The notes below the pieces were generated by a model. That model searched no databases. It was not told the DNA's origin and saw nothing but the letters and a program-made list of their open reading frames with translations. The position numbers were made by a program, and so were the translations under genes. A stretch of 64,000 bases of DNA from an uncultured Acidobacteriaceae bacterium (lineage in GTDB: Bacteria > Acidobacteriota > Terriglobia > Terriglobales > Acidobacteriaceae): positions 39,922 to 103,921 of the forward strand of contig CAWEBA010000025.1 in the NCBI GenBank assembly GCA_963807145.1. The letters run 5' to 3'. This document shows, piece after piece, positions 9,341 to 19,312 of the stretch. Within the stretch, counting starts at the first letter, position 1. Each line of letters starts with the position of its first letter.

Positions 9341-10762
9341 TTGAGCGAGAAAGAGAAAAAGAACAAGAGGATGATTCTCTTCTATCGATTCCTTCTGGCG
9401 ATTCTCATAGCCACCTACGGGTGCGCACTCAGCCGTGTGAAGCAGAACTCGGTTGGTCTGACGCCTCTGCTGGGTTGGCTGATGGGGTTCGGATTCTTCC
9501 TGCTTGGTCCACTCACCATCCTTACTCTTCATGGGAGCTACGAAATGCCGCCGTCGGATGGCATCACGGAGGCTTGGAGCAAAGTAAATCTTGCGAATCC
9601 TGTTTTTTTTCGACCGTTCCTGGTGATCTGGCTTTCCTTGATGCTCACCTGCATTGCTGCATTCCTGTTCAGCAACGCACCTGCGTCCCGGGACGGCGGG
9701 GAGAATCATGCGGTCTCGATCCCCAAACTCGAGCGCGCCATTCGGATCACCATGGTGCTATCGATCATTGATTGGTTCATTTTAGTGTGGCTGGTGGGAG
9801 GCTTCGGGGAATTTGCCGTCTCCCACTGGTACCTTCGCAATGTGTGGCTCGAAGAGCGCTACGGTGGCAGCTTTACTCTTTTCGCGAGGTTGGCTCTGGC
9901 CAACCAGTTGCTCTTCACCGGTGCGGCGGCGCTGCATACGAGCCTGGGGCTGCGCGACAGAAACCTGCGCTGGGGCTTCACATCTCTGATTGCGCTTTTC
10001 CTGCTAATGGAGATGGCGATGAGCGGCAACCGCATCTTCATCGCGTTTTACCTGCTGGCCTTCCTCACTTCCTGCTGGCTCTACGGCAGAAGAAAGCTCA
10101 TCGGAGTCTTGCTGGTAGCCTCGCCGCTCCTGGTGCTCATCTTCAGCGCTTGGGGGGCGGTGCGGCACGACTTGAGCAAGCTCCCCGATTCGGTGGACAC
10201 TGAAATCGTTGAAGCGGACCTGGGCAGCCGTGCGCTTTCCAGCCTGATGTATGCCACGGAAGGCCATGGGGTGCTACTCCTGATGCACGTGGTAAATGAT
10301 TTTGGCGGCAGGTTCGCCTATCTTCACGGCAGCACCTACGGTCGGCTGCTCACGTTCTGGTTGCCGAGAAGCGTGTATCCGGAGCGCCCGCTCGATTTTA
10401 CGAGTCAAGCCGCTCTGTGCTACCTGCCGGGAGAAAGCACCAGCCTGTGCGCCACGGAGCTGGGGGAAGCCTACGCAAATTTTGGCCTTATGAGTCTGCT
10501 GGTCTTACCCATCATCACCTGGCTGGTAACCAGGTATGGGGATTGGCTCGGGCGCCGGGAGGATGGCGCTCCGTTATTGTCGGCGGCTTCCTTCGTGGTT
10601 CTCATCTGGTTTGCGCGCTGCACCTTTGCAGAAAACGTGTTCAACCTGGTCGAAGTGGCGGCACTGATCTGGGTTCTCAAACTGAAAGTAGGATCGCATC
10701 TTCCGGCTGCCCTGGCTGCGCAACAGACCTTCCCCTGGACAGACTCAAATGAGTACCTCTGA
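9341..10762 (+). CDS. Wzy-like repeat-unit polymerase (polytopic membrane protein)
   Basis: At least 10 hydrophobic helices with one larger loop. The region looks lower in GC than its neighbours, which is typical of wzy genes. There are no enzyme motifs, so the assignment is by topology and context only. Confidence 0.45.
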   Translation: MSEKEKKNKRMILFYRFLLAILIATYGCALSRVKQNSVGLTPLLGWLMGFGFFLLGPLTILTLHGSYEMPPSDGITEAWSKVNLANPVFFRPFLVIWLSLMLTCIAAFLFSNAPASRDGGENHAVSIPKLERAIRITMVLSIIDWFILVWLVGGFGEFAVSHWYLRNVWLEERYGGSFTLFARLALANQLLFTGAAALHTSLGLRDRNLRWGFTSLIALFLLMEMAMSGNRIFIAFYLLAFLTSCWLYGRRKLIGVLLVASPLLVLIFSAWGAVRHDLSKLPDSVDTEIVEADLGSRALSSLMYATEGHGVLLLMHVVNDFGGRFAYLHGSTYGRLLTFWLPRSVYPERPLDFTSQAALCYLPGESTSLCATELGEAYANFGLMSLLVLPIITWLVTRYGDWLGRREDGAPLLSAASFVVLIWFARCTFAENVFNLVEVAALIWVLKLKVGSHLPAALAAQQTFPWTDSNEYL

Positions 10763-10778
10763 CCTGCATTTCTGAGCG

Positions 10779-11807
10779 ATGTCTGCGTCCCATCAAACAT
10801 TCGAGGCTGTAGAAGGGAAGCAATCCCGTGGCGTTGCCGGAGCCATCGCAGAGACGGTTGGGAACTTTCCCGCCGACCCAGCCATCTGCGTTGCGTGCGC
10901 GGGTTTGACGTCGACCTCCATCGATGGGCTGTTTGATACCCGCTTCGGAATCGAAGGCAGCTTCGACGTTCGCCGCTGTGGACAGTGTGGCCTGGAGCAG
11001 CTTTTCCCCATCCCGGCTCCGGTGGAACTGAAGAACCTTTATGAGCGTTATTACAATTTCTCGGGAGTGCAAGCGGCGCTCTACGCCAGCCTCCGGGATT
11101 GGTTCTTCTCATCCGTTCTTTATCGTCTGTGGATCCGTCTCGATGGGGATATCTCGTTTCACACTCGACGCGGCAGCGGACGGCTGCTCGACATTGGCTG
11201 CAATGAAGGCAGAACTCTGAAGAACTATGCGCGCAACGGGTTCCAGGCCGAGGGCACCGACTTGAACGAAACCGCGGCCGCAGTTGCGCGTCGAGCAGGA
11301 TTCGCTGTGTTTACCGGGCCGCTCGATGAGTTCACCCCGGCTGCTCCCTATGATGTTGCCGTACTCTCAAACGTTCTCGAACACTCGCTCGATCCGAAAG
11401 CCATGTTGCTCGCCGCACGCCGGTTGCTGAACGACGACGGAGAAATTTGGATCAGTTGTCCGAATAGCCAGAGCTGGCTGCGTCCGGTGTTTGGGCGGTG
11501 GTGGATTAACTGGCACGTCCCCTTTCACATCACGCATTTTTCTTCCTCAACCCTCAGGCGTCTGCTCGAGGAGAGTGGGTTCGGGCACGTGGAAATCCGG
11601 CAGATCACTCCGGCCCTATGGGTAGCGTCTTCGATCATTGCCAGACTGTTCGCCCGCCCTGGGAAGCCAACCCGGCAACTGCGGAATCCTTTCTTAGTCT
11701 TCGGGCTAGTGCTCGCCTGCCGCGCGCTCTTGTTTCCGTTTTTTTACTGGGGCAACCGGCGAGGGCGAGGAGATTGCCTGGTCGCAGTAGCCAGCAAGAC
11801 CGAGTGA
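10779..11807 (+). CDS. Class I SAM-dependent methyltransferase with N-terminal Cys4 zinc-ribbon
   Basis: CVACAG...RRCGQCGLEQ, then the SAM motif LLDIGCNEGRTLKNYARNGFQAEGTDLN and VLSNVLEHSLDP. Confidence 0.75.
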   Translation: MSASHQTFEAVEGKQSRGVAGAIAETVGNFPADPAICVACAGLTSTSIDGLFDTRFGIEGSFDVRRCGQCGLEQLFPIPAPVELKNLYERYYNFSGVQAALYASLRDWFFSSVLYRLWIRLDGDISFHTRRGSGRLLDIGCNEGRTLKNYARNGFQAEGTDLNETAAAVARRAGFAVFTGPLDEFTPAAPYDVAVLSNVLEHSLDPKAMLLAARRLLNDDGEIWISCPNSQSWLRPVFGRWWINWHVPFHITHFSSSTLRRLLEESGFGHVEIRQITPALWVASSIIARLFARPGKPTRQLRNPFLVFGLVLACRALLFPFFYWGNRRGRGDCLVAVASKTE

Positions 11808-11832
11808 CCGTGGTGGCGACGGATAGCACGGC

Positions 11833-12990
11833 ATGGCTGACGGAATAGAAGTGAAAAGCTTCAGAATCTCGATCTTCGCCTTGCTGGCATTGCCTTTACT
11901 CTCGGCGTGTGGCAGTGCGCAACTCATTGGTCAGTGTGACATTCAAAGAGCCGTTGACGCAGGCGGGACGGTCCGGTTCCCCGCGGGAACCTACCTTCTT
12001 ACCCGGACCATTGTGGTTCGCAAAAGCCACACCGTCATTCAAGGTGCGGGCCGGGGCACCACCTTCGTGTTCAAGCCGAGCCTCCCACAAGTTCACTGCT
12101 TCAACGATCGAGCCTTCACCACGCCCTGCAACGTCGCCGACGGCGCCGGGCGGCAAATCGCCGGTTCGATTGCGCTCGGGAGCAGTTCTTTCGAGGCTTC
12201 GGATTACGTGGATGATCTTCGGTCTGGTGACTGGCTTCTCGTGGAAGAGAAAGACTCTGAACCCAGCGAGGTCGTCATCATCGACTGGGCACAGGTTGCC
12301 TCGGCGTCGGGAAACACAGTCGTGGTTCGGACTCCCTTCCGCACCGCCTTTCCCGACAGCCGTCCCTGGGAGCCGGGCCACAGCGGTCTCGGTTTCCTGG
12401 TCATGCCCAAGTTAGTCGGAGGGGTCCAGTTTCGGGATTTCACCGTCCTGGTTCCGGATTCAGGTTTTGATGCTCCAGGGATTTCGGTTTTTGCGGCACA
12501 GAATACCGTGATTCACAATGTCGAAGTGCACGATGCGAACGGCCAACCGTTGTACAGCTATCTGTCGCAGGGCCTGACGGTGACTAACTCACGGGGATAC
12601 GGGGACCGGGTTCTCAACGAGTTTGCTGCAACCGTTGATTTGCGCATAAGAAACAGTACTTTCAGTTCCAATGACGCTGCTCTTGGACTCGACTTTGGCA
12701 CCGGCTTTTTTGAAGTCGAGCGCAACACGGTGCCCGCGAGCGTCAATATCGGCATGTATCTGCTCGACGGGGTTCATGACGGCACAGTCACCCGCAACTC
12801 GATTCAGTTCGTAAGGAGTTCCGGGAGCGCAGTCGGAATGCTGGCGCGCGGGACCCAGCGCGTAACCGTTGTGAACAACTACCTGGAGGGAGGCGAGGGA
12901 CGAGCGAGCCTCGGAATATCGATCGGATCCGCGTATGACGGCCTGAGCCAGCCGATATTCTCCTTCGGAAACGTGGTGACCTCCAATTGA
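11833..12990 (+). CDS. Right-handed parallel beta-helix (pectate-lyase-fold) lipoprotein
   Basis: A lipobox-type signal (FALLALPLLSAC). IQRAVDAGGTVRFPAGTYLLTRTIVV matches the N-terminal cap of pectate_lyase_3-like proteins. Repeated V.N/V.D turns follow (NTVIHNVEVHD, LTVTNSRG, LRIRNSTF). Confidence 0.6.
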   Translation: MADGIEVKSFRISIFALLALPLLSACGSAQLIGQCDIQRAVDAGGTVRFPAGTYLLTRTIVVRKSHTVIQGAGRGTTFVFKPSLPQVHCFNDRAFTTPCNVADGAGRQIAGSIALGSSSFEASDYVDDLRSGDWLLVEEKDSEPSEVVIIDWAQVASASGNTVVVRTPFRTAFPDSRPWEPGHSGLGFLVMPKLVGGVQFRDFTVLVPDSGFDAPGISVFAAQNTVIHNVEVHDANGQPLYSYLSQGLTVTNSRGYGDRVLNEFAATVDLRIRNSTFSSNDAALGLDFGTGFFEVERNTVPASVNIGMYLLDGVHDGTVTRNSIQFVRSSGSAVGMLARGTQRVTVVNNYLEGGEGRASLGISIGSAYDGLSQPIFSFGNVVTSN

Positions 12991-13125
12991 TTTGGCCCGT
13001 CTTGGTCAATGGATTACGACCCGACGAATCAGCCCTAAGGGCCGCCGTCTGCAAATCCAGCGCGGCATCGGTAGGACCTACTGACATTCACCATTTTTTC
13101 CCCAACTGCACTGGATTCTGAATTT

Positions 13126-13974
13126 ATGGCTTCTACTTCGAAATGGGTTTCCGCCGCCTGCATTTCCGCTCGCAATCTGGCTCTGGGCGGCTCCGTCGCC
13201 TCGCTTTCGCTCGTCGGGAAACCGCGCACCCTGTTTGAGTACGCCACCGAATCGCTTTTCCTTTACAAGTCGCTCTCCGGCAAACGCGGAGTGCCCGAGA
13301 AATTTGTTTTCGAAGTGCTACCCGGCAACCGGCAATACGAACTCGCGATCGCAAATTTTCAGTGTGAAGAAGGCTGGATGAGGCGTACCGGATCTTATTC
13401 GACGGACCTGATCAGCTTATGTCAGTTGTGCCACGTGCTGAGTCCCAAAACGATCTTTGAAATCGGCACGCTCCGGGGCTACACCGCCCTACACCTAGCG
13501 ATGAACAGCAGTCCCGATTGCAGGATTTTTACTCTTGATTTGCCGAAGAACGACCTGCCAAGGGGCGATCCGTCGAAAGACGATTTATCGAGAGGCAACG
13601 CCAAGGTTAAAGTCCAATTGCGCACCACCCTGATGGATGACCTTCACAGCCAGATGGAAGTCGGGGAATATTACTTTCGCGGCACTCCGCACGCCGATCG
13701 CATTCAGCTTCTTTTTGGCGACAGCGCGGTCTTCGATTTTTCTCCCCACCACGGCAAGATTGACTTGTTTTTCATCGACGGAGCGCACTCCTACGACTAC
13801 GTTCGCTCCGACACGGAAAATGCTCTGCAGTGTGTTCGCCCGGGCGGAGTGATCGCCTGGCATGACTTTGGCAGGGTGGGCCTCAACCAGGTTTCCAAAT
13901 ACATTGTGGAGCTCTCCCGGAAACTGCCGATCTACTCCGTGCCCGGCGGGTCGCTGGCGTTTGCCGTGCTGTAG
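13126..13974 (+). CDS. Class I SAM-dependent methyltransferase (Methyltransf_24-like)
   Basis: IFEIGTLRGYTALHLAM ... IDLFFIDGAHSYDYVRSDTENALQCVRPGGVIAWHDF. Confidence 0.7.
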   Translation: MASTSKWVSAACISARNLALGGSVASLSLVGKPRTLFEYATESLFLYKSLSGKRGVPEKFVFEVLPGNRQYELAIANFQCEEGWMRRTGSYSTDLISLCQLCHVLSPKTIFEIGTLRGYTALHLAMNSSPDCRIFTLDLPKNDLPRGDPSKDDLSRGNAKVKVQLRTTLMDDLHSQMEVGEYYFRGTPHADRIQLLFGDSAVFDFSPHHGKIDLFFIDGAHSYDYVRSDTENALQCVRPGGVIAWHDFGRVGLNQVSKYIVELSRKLPIYSVPGGSLAFAVL

Positions 13975-14018
13975 CAGGCGGCAGAGGTAGACAGAGATAG
14001 ATATCGAAATCGAGACAA

Positions 14019-15101
14019 ATGAAGAAGGCCCTAATCACCGGCATCACCGGCCAGGATGGCTCCTACCTAGCGGAGTTTCTTCTGGCCAAGGGATACCAGG
14101 TGCACGGCATCAAACGCCGCAGTTCGTTGCTGAACACGGAACGGATCGACCATCTCTACGAAGATCCCCACGTCGAAGACCGCCGTTTTTTTCTGCATTA
14201 CGGCGATATGACAGACGCGACCAGTCTGCTCTGTGTGGTCGAACGCGTCCGCCCTGATGAGATTTACAATCTCGCGGCTCAGAGCCACGTGGCTGTCTCC
14301 TTTGAACAGCCGGAATACACCGCCAACGCGGACGCACTGGGAACTCTGCGCCTGCTCGATGCGGTCCGGGTTTTGGGTCTAGAAAAAAAGACGCGGTTCT
14401 ATCAGGCCTCGAGCTCGGAGCTTTACGGCCTGGTGGCTGAGACTCCGCAGACCGAGCGGACGCCGTTTCATCCGCGTTCCCCCTACGGAGTCGCCAAGCT
14501 CTATGCCTACTGGATCACGGTGAACTACCGCGAGGCTTATGGCATGTATGCCTGCAACGGAATCCTGTTCAACCATGAATCGCCGGTGCGGGGTGAGACC
14601 TTCGTCACCCGCAAGATCACGCGCGCCCTCGCCCGCATCAAGCTGCGGCTCGAGGATTGTCTCTACCTGGGAAATCTCGAAGCCCGCCGGGACTGGGGCC
14701 ACGCAAAGGACTATGTGGAAATGCAATGGCTGATGCTGCAACAGGCCGAACCTGAAGACTTCGTGATTGCGACCGGAGAGCAGCATTCGATCCGCGAGTT
14801 TGTCGAGGCGGCGGCGGAGGAATTGGGCATCTCCATCAACTGGCGAGGAACCGGAGTGAACGAGAAAGGCTACGACGCTTTTGGCAACTGCATTGTGCGC
14901 ATCGATCCCCGCTACCTGCGGCCGGCGGAAGTCGATTCGCTGATCGGACACGCGGCCAAGGCCACAGCCAAACTGGGATGGCGGCCTCAGGTCACGTTTC
15001 GCGAACTGGTAAAAGAGATGGCGGCCGCGGACCTCAAGGCGGCCGAGCGCGATCAACTGGTGAAGACCAACGGCTACAAAGTTTTCGCCCATCACGAATA
15101 G
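14019..15101 (+). CDS. gmd: GDP-mannose 4,6-dehydratase
   Basis: [55 protein letters not shown] and [10 protein letters not shown] are canonical Gmd motifs. Confidence 0.95.
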   Translation: MKKALITGITGQDGSYLAEFLLAKGYQVHGIKRRSSLLNTERIDHLYEDPHVEDRRFFLHYGDMTDATSLLCVVERVRPDEIYNLAAQSHVAVSFEQPEYTANADALGTLRLLDAVRVLGLEKKTRFYQASSSELYGLVAETPQTERTPFHPRSPYGVAKLYAYWITVNYREAYGMYACNGILFNHESPVRGETFVTRKITRALARIKLRLEDCLYLGNLEARRDWGHAKDYVEMQWLMLQQAEPEDFVIATGEQHSIREFVEAAAEELGISINWRGTGVNEKGYDAFGNCIVRIDPRYLRPAEVDSLIGHAAKATAKLGWRPQVTFRELVKEMAAADLKAAERDQLVKTNGYKVFAHHE

Positions 15102-15134
15102 ACTCGTCGCGATAAGACCCGCCTCAAATTAGCC

Positions 15135-16148
15135 ATGGAGTTTTCCGACAAGATCTACGTTGCCGGCCACACCGGTCTGCTGGGTTCGGCGCTGGTGCGG
15201 CGTTTACGGCAGGCGGGATATGGCAATCTGCTGCTACAGTCCCACGGCGAACTGGACCTCACCGATGCGGTCGCAGTGCGGGATTTCTTTTCCGAGAATC
15301 GCCCCCGTTACGTCTTTCTGGCGGCTGCAAAGGTCGGGGGCATTCTGGCCAATGACACTTTTCCGGCGGAATTCATTTTCGAGAACCTCAAGATTCAGAC
15401 CAACGTGATCCATGAATCCTGGCGCAGCGGGGTCGAGCGGCTGCTGTTTCTCGGCTCCAGCTGCATCTATCCCAAGCTCGCGCCTCAACCGTTGCGGGAA
15501 GAATCCTGGCTGGGAGGACCACTCGAGCCGACCAATCGCGCTTACGCGGTTGCCAAGATCGCCGGAATCGAAATGATACGGGCCTACAATCGCCAATACC
15601 AAACCCGTTTCCTGGCGGCCATGCCCACCAATTTGTACGGTCCCGGCGACAGCTATCATCCTGACAACTCTCATCTGATTCCGGCGCTGATCCGCAAAAT
15701 GCATGAAGCAAAAATCACCGGCAGCCGCGAGGTCGTAATCTGGGGAAGCGGAAATCCCCGGCGGGACCTTCTGTACAGTGAAGATGCTGCCGAGGCCTGC
15801 ATCTTTCTTCTCGGCCTCGCCCCCGAAGCTTTCAATCAGCTGGCGGCTCGCGCCGACGTTGCACCTTTAGTCAACATTGGCTGCGGCGAGGATATGACGG
15901 TGCGGGAACTGGCCGAAGTCGTGGCCGAGGTAGTGGGGGTCACGCCGTCTTTGGTATTTGATTCCTCGAAGCCCGACGGCACCCCCCGGAAGCTTCTTGA
16001 TGTCGGACAGCTCTCCCGGCTGGGCTGGAAGCCGCGCATTGGCCTGCGCGAAGGTCTGCGCCAAACCTACGCGGATTTCCGTTCGGGGTTAGAGAGCGGC
16101 GACTCCAGCCGGGGACGGGCCGCAGCTGTGACCCAGTGCGCATCCTGA
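15135..16148 (+). CDS. fcl: GDP-L-fucose synthase (GDP-4-keto-6-deoxymannose 3,5-epimerase/4-reductase)
   Basis: IYVAGHTGLLGSALVRRL, FLGSSCIYPK, YAVAKIAG and PTNLYGPGD. The gene lies immediately downstream of gmd. Confidence 0.9.
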   Translation: MEFSDKIYVAGHTGLLGSALVRRLRQAGYGNLLLQSHGELDLTDAVAVRDFFSENRPRYVFLAAAKVGGILANDTFPAEFIFENLKIQTNVIHESWRSGVERLLFLGSSCIYPKLAPQPLREESWLGGPLEPTNRAYAVAKIAGIEMIRAYNRQYQTRFLAAMPTNLYGPGDSYHPDNSHLIPALIRKMHEAKITGSREVVIWGSGNPRRDLLYSEDAAEACIFLLGLAPEAFNQLAARADVAPLVNIGCGEDMTVRELAEVVAEVVGVTPSLVFDSSKPDGTPRKLLDVGQLSRLGWKPRIGLREGLRQTYADFRSGLESGDSSRGRAAAVTQCAS

Positions 16149-17410
16149 TTCACGGCCTGAATTTTGCGCCGGAGCTGGTCGGCGTCGGCAAGTACACCGG
16201 AGAGATGGCCGAATGGCTGGCGGCCCGGGGCCACGAAGTGCGCGCCGTCACCGCCCCGCCGTTTAACCCGGAGTGGAAAATTGCCCTGGGATTTTCGCGC
16301 TGGGGGTACTCGCGAGAAGGCCAGCCTGCGCGAAGCAAGCCCGTCGGGAACTTACCGAAATTGGCCGTGACCGGCGGCCTGACCGTTCTGCGCTGCCCGC
16401 TCTGGGTGCCGGAGTATCCTTCGGCGGCAAAACGCATCTTGCATCTGACTAGCTTCGCCCTCGCAAGTTTCCTCGTTATGCTGCGGCAGGTTTCCTGGAA
16501 ACCCGAGATCGTGCTGGTGATCGAGCCGACGCTGTTTTGTTTGCCGGCGGCCTTGATTACGGGACGATTCTGCAAAGCTAAGACCTGGCTGCATGTGCAG
16601 GATTTTGAAGCCGACGCCGGTTTCGACCTGGGGCTGCTGAAGTCGAGGTTGCTGCAGCCTGTAATCGAGTGGCTCGAGAAAAAATCCATGTCCACGTTTG
16701 ACCGGGTTTCGACCATTTCGGAAAAGATGCTGGGCACGGTCGTGAGCAAAGGCGTGTCACCGTCCGCGTGTCGCCTGTTTCCCAACTGGGTGGACACGGC
16801 CGCGATCGTTCCGCTCGGGAGGCCGAGCGCGCTGCGCGCCCATCTGGGCATATCCCCTGGGGAGATTGTCGCCTTGTACGCGGGAACCATGGGCCGCAAG
16901 CAGGGCCTCGCAATCCTGGCGGAAGCCGCTTGCCGGTTGTCCGGGCGCGAGGGTTTGCGCTTCGTTTTTTGCGGGGAGGGTCCGGGCAAGCTGATGCTGT
17001 CCGATCTCACAGCGCAGCTGGCCAACGTCCAGTGGATTCCGTTCCAGCCTTTTGTGCGCCTCAACGACCTGCTCAATCTGGCCGATATTCATCTCTTGCC
17101 GCAGAAAGCAGATGCCGCCGACCTGGTCATGCCTTCGAAACTGACAGGCATGCTGGCCAGCGGACGGCCCGTGGTCGCCACCTCCCGCCCCGGCACTCAG
17201 CTTGCCGAGGTGGTCCGGGGCAGAGGGATGGCAGTCGAGCCAGGAGATGCTACGGCGTTTGCCCAAGCGATCGAACAGCTTGCGGATGATCCCGGTTTGC
17301 GCGAGCGACTAGGAAGAAACGCTCGGGAATATGCGCTTTCTGAATTGGGAAAGGAGAGCATCCTGTCCCGTTTCGAGGAAGAATTGCTCGTTCTGGGCGC
17401 TGCGACGTGA
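16136..17410 (+). CDS. WcaI-like glycosyltransferase (GT4)
   Basis: The N-terminus RILIHGLNFAPELVGVGKYTGEMAEWLAARGHEVRAVTAPPFNPEWK is the characteristic WcaI-family start. The start codon is GTG and overlaps the fcl stop. The gmd-fcl-wcaI order matches colanic-acid-type clusters. Confidence 0.8.
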   Translation: MRILIHGLNFAPELVGVGKYTGEMAEWLAARGHEVRAVTAPPFNPEWKIALGFSRWGYSREGQPARSKPVGNLPKLAVTGGLTVLRCPLWVPEYPSAAKRILHLTSFALASFLVMLRQVSWKPEIVLVIEPTLFCLPAALITGRFCKAKTWLHVQDFEADAGFDLGLLKSRLLQPVIEWLEKKSMSTFDRVSTISEKMLGTVVSKGVSPSACRLFPNWVDTAAIVPLGRPSALRAHLGISPGEIVALYAGTMGRKQGLAILAEAACRLSGREGLRFVFCGEGPGKLMLSDLTAQLANVQWIPFQPFVRLNDLLNLADIHLLPQKADAADLVMPSKLTGMLASGRPVVATSRPGTQLAEVVRGRGMAVEPGDATAFAQAIEQLADDPGLRERLGRNAREYALSELGKESILSRFEEELLVLGAAT

Positions 17411-18063
17411 CCCAAACCTTGGAGTATTCCGGTGTTGTCTTTTCGCCAAATTGGAAGAGTGCATTCTGCCGGACGGTTAAACGCCTGATCGATGTCGTAG
17501 GCGCCGGCGCGCTTTTGATTTCGCTTTCCCCACTCTTTCTTCTCTTGGTCATCATTGTCAAATTCAGTTCGCCGGGCCACGTATTTTACCGCTGGAGAGT
17601 TGTAGGGCAGGCGGGCAGGCCGTTCCTCAGCTACAAATTCAGGTCCATGGTCAATAATGCCGATCATCTTAAGGGGAAGCTGGAGGCGTCCAACGAGATG
17701 ACCGGGCCGGTATTCAAACTAACCAATGACCCGCGCATCACCAGGGCGGGGAAATGGATGCGACGCTACAGTCTGGACGAGCTACCTCAGCTCTACAGCG
17801 TTCTCAAAGGGGACATGAGTCTGGTGGGCCCACGCCCGCCGCTCGCGACCGAGTACCAGCACTTCACTGAATTTCAAGAGCAGAAATTGCAGGTCAAACC
17901 TGGAATCACCTGTTTGTGGCAGGTAAACGGCCGGAACCAAGTCAACGACTTGGATGCGTGGGTGCGTCTCGACCTCGAATACATCCGCTGCTGGTCGCTG
18001 GGGCTGGACGTCAAAATCCTGCTGCGCACGGTGGCAGCGGTGCTGGCGGGTTCCGGCAAGTAG
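17407..18063 (+). CDS. Small monotopic polyprenyl-phosphate sugar-1-phosphate transferase (PglC/WbaP C-terminal-type, motifs intact)
   Basis: KRLIDVVGAGALLISLSPLFLL, YKFRSM, YSLDELPQLYSVLKGDMSLVGPRPP and KPGITCLWQVNGRN. The GTG start overlaps the wcaI-like stop. Confidence 0.9.
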   Translation: MTQTLEYSGVVFSPNWKSAFCRTVKRLIDVVGAGALLISLSPLFLLLVIIVKFSSPGHVFYRWRVVGQAGRPFLSYKFRSMVNNADHLKGKLEASNEMTGPVFKLTNDPRITRAGKWMRRYSLDELPQLYSVLKGDMSLVGPRPPLATEYQHFTEFQEQKLQVKPGITCLWQVNGRNQVNDLDAWVRLDLEYIRCWSLGLDVKILLRTVAAVLAGSGK

Positions 18064-18127
18064 GAAGCAGCAAGGGATGCGAGCCGGAGTGTTCGTTGAG
18101 GTTTTTCCGAAGGAGCTTTCCGAAATT

Positions 18128-19240
18128 ATGCGTGTTCTAGTCACCGGCGGTGCGGGCTTCATCGGATCCCATCTGGTCGACCGTTTCTTGCGCGACGGTT
18201 TTCAAGTGGTCATCCTCGATAGCCTCGATCCCAGGGTTCATCCCCACGGCCCGCCCCCCTACATGCCGGCTGAAGCCAAGTTCATCGAGGGCGACGTGAC
18301 CGACCGCAATGTCCTGCATGCGGCGCTGCAAGGCGTCGACATCGTCTCTCATCAGGCGGCGTATCAGGACTACATGCCGGATTTTTCCCGTTTCCTCGAA
18401 GTCAATGCCGTGAGCACGGCGCTGCTCTATGAACTCATCATCAGTCACCGATTGCCGGTGAGAAAAATCATCGTAGCTTCTTCCCAGGCGGTGTATGGCG
18501 AGGGCCAGTACCGCTGCCCGGACGATGGCGACTTCCAGCCCGTGCCGCGTTCGCCCCTGCAACTGCAGTGCGGGGAGTGGGAAGTCCTATGTCCGGCGTG
18601 TAGGGGATCGGCCGAGGCCCTGGCGCTCGAAGAACAATCGAACAATCCTTACAACCAGTATGCCGTTTCGAAACTCGCCGCGGAGAAAACAGCGCTTGGA
18701 CTAGGCTGGCTGCACGGCATTCCGACGGTGGCCTTGCGCTACTCGATCACGCAGGGCAGGAGGCAATCGCTCTACAACTACTACTCCGGGGTGTGTCGCA
18801 TCTTCTGCGCTCGGGCGGTGCAGCGCCTGCCGCTCATCCTCTACGAAGATGGGCACCAGACTCGTGACTTTGTGCACGTAGACGACGTGGTCGAGGCCAA
18901 TATGCTGGCGCTTGAAAAAGACGAGGCCAATGGCCAGGCCTTCAACGTGGGCAGCGGATCGGCCACCACCATACTCGAATATGCCCGCCAGGTGCTGAAC
19001 CGTGTTCCCAGCCCCGCCGGCCTCGATGTCTCCGGCGAGTATCGCCGCGGCGATAACCGGCACAGCGTTTCCAGTATCGAGAAATTGAAGCGGCTGGGCT
19101 GGAAGCCCAAACGCGGCCTGGACGCGATCCTCGACGACTTTCTCAAGTGGATTGAAAGCTCCGGCGGAATCCCGGCACGCCTGCCCGACGCCGCCGCCGA
19201 CATGCGGGCTGCCGGAGTGCTGCTCAGCGCAACCAGCTAG
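18128..19240 (+). CDS. NAD-dependent sugar-nucleotide epimerase/dehydratase (extended SDR) with Cys-rich insertion
   Basis: MRVLVTGGAGFIGSHLVDRF, ASSQAVYG and the YAVSK catalytic motif. An insertion of about 30 aa carrying 4 Cys (YRCPDDG...LQCGEWEVLCPAC) lies between the Ser and YxxxK motifs. ATG 18128 is preferred over the 17954 extension that overlaps the previous gene. Confidence 0.85.
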   Translation: MRVLVTGGAGFIGSHLVDRFLRDGFQVVILDSLDPRVHPHGPPPYMPAEAKFIEGDVTDRNVLHAALQGVDIVSHQAAYQDYMPDFSRFLEVNAVSTALLYELIISHRLPVRKIIVASSQAVYGEGQYRCPDDGDFQPVPRSPLQLQCGEWEVLCPACRGSAEALALEEQSNNPYNQYAVSKLAAEKTALGLGWLHGIPTVALRYSITQGRRQSLYNYYSGVCRIFCARAVQRLPLILYEDGHQTRDFVHVDDVVEANMLALEKDEANGQAFNVGSGSATTILEYARQVLNRVPSPAGLDVSGEYRRGDNRHSVSSIEKLKRLGWKPKRGLDAILDDFLKWIESSGGIPARLPDAAADMRAAGVLLSATS

Positions 19241-19312
19241 TGATTCCTAATTCCAAGCTTGACGAGAAAGTCTGACCGGGAAGTTTGTCTAGAAAGTTGA
19301 ACCAGGATCGCC

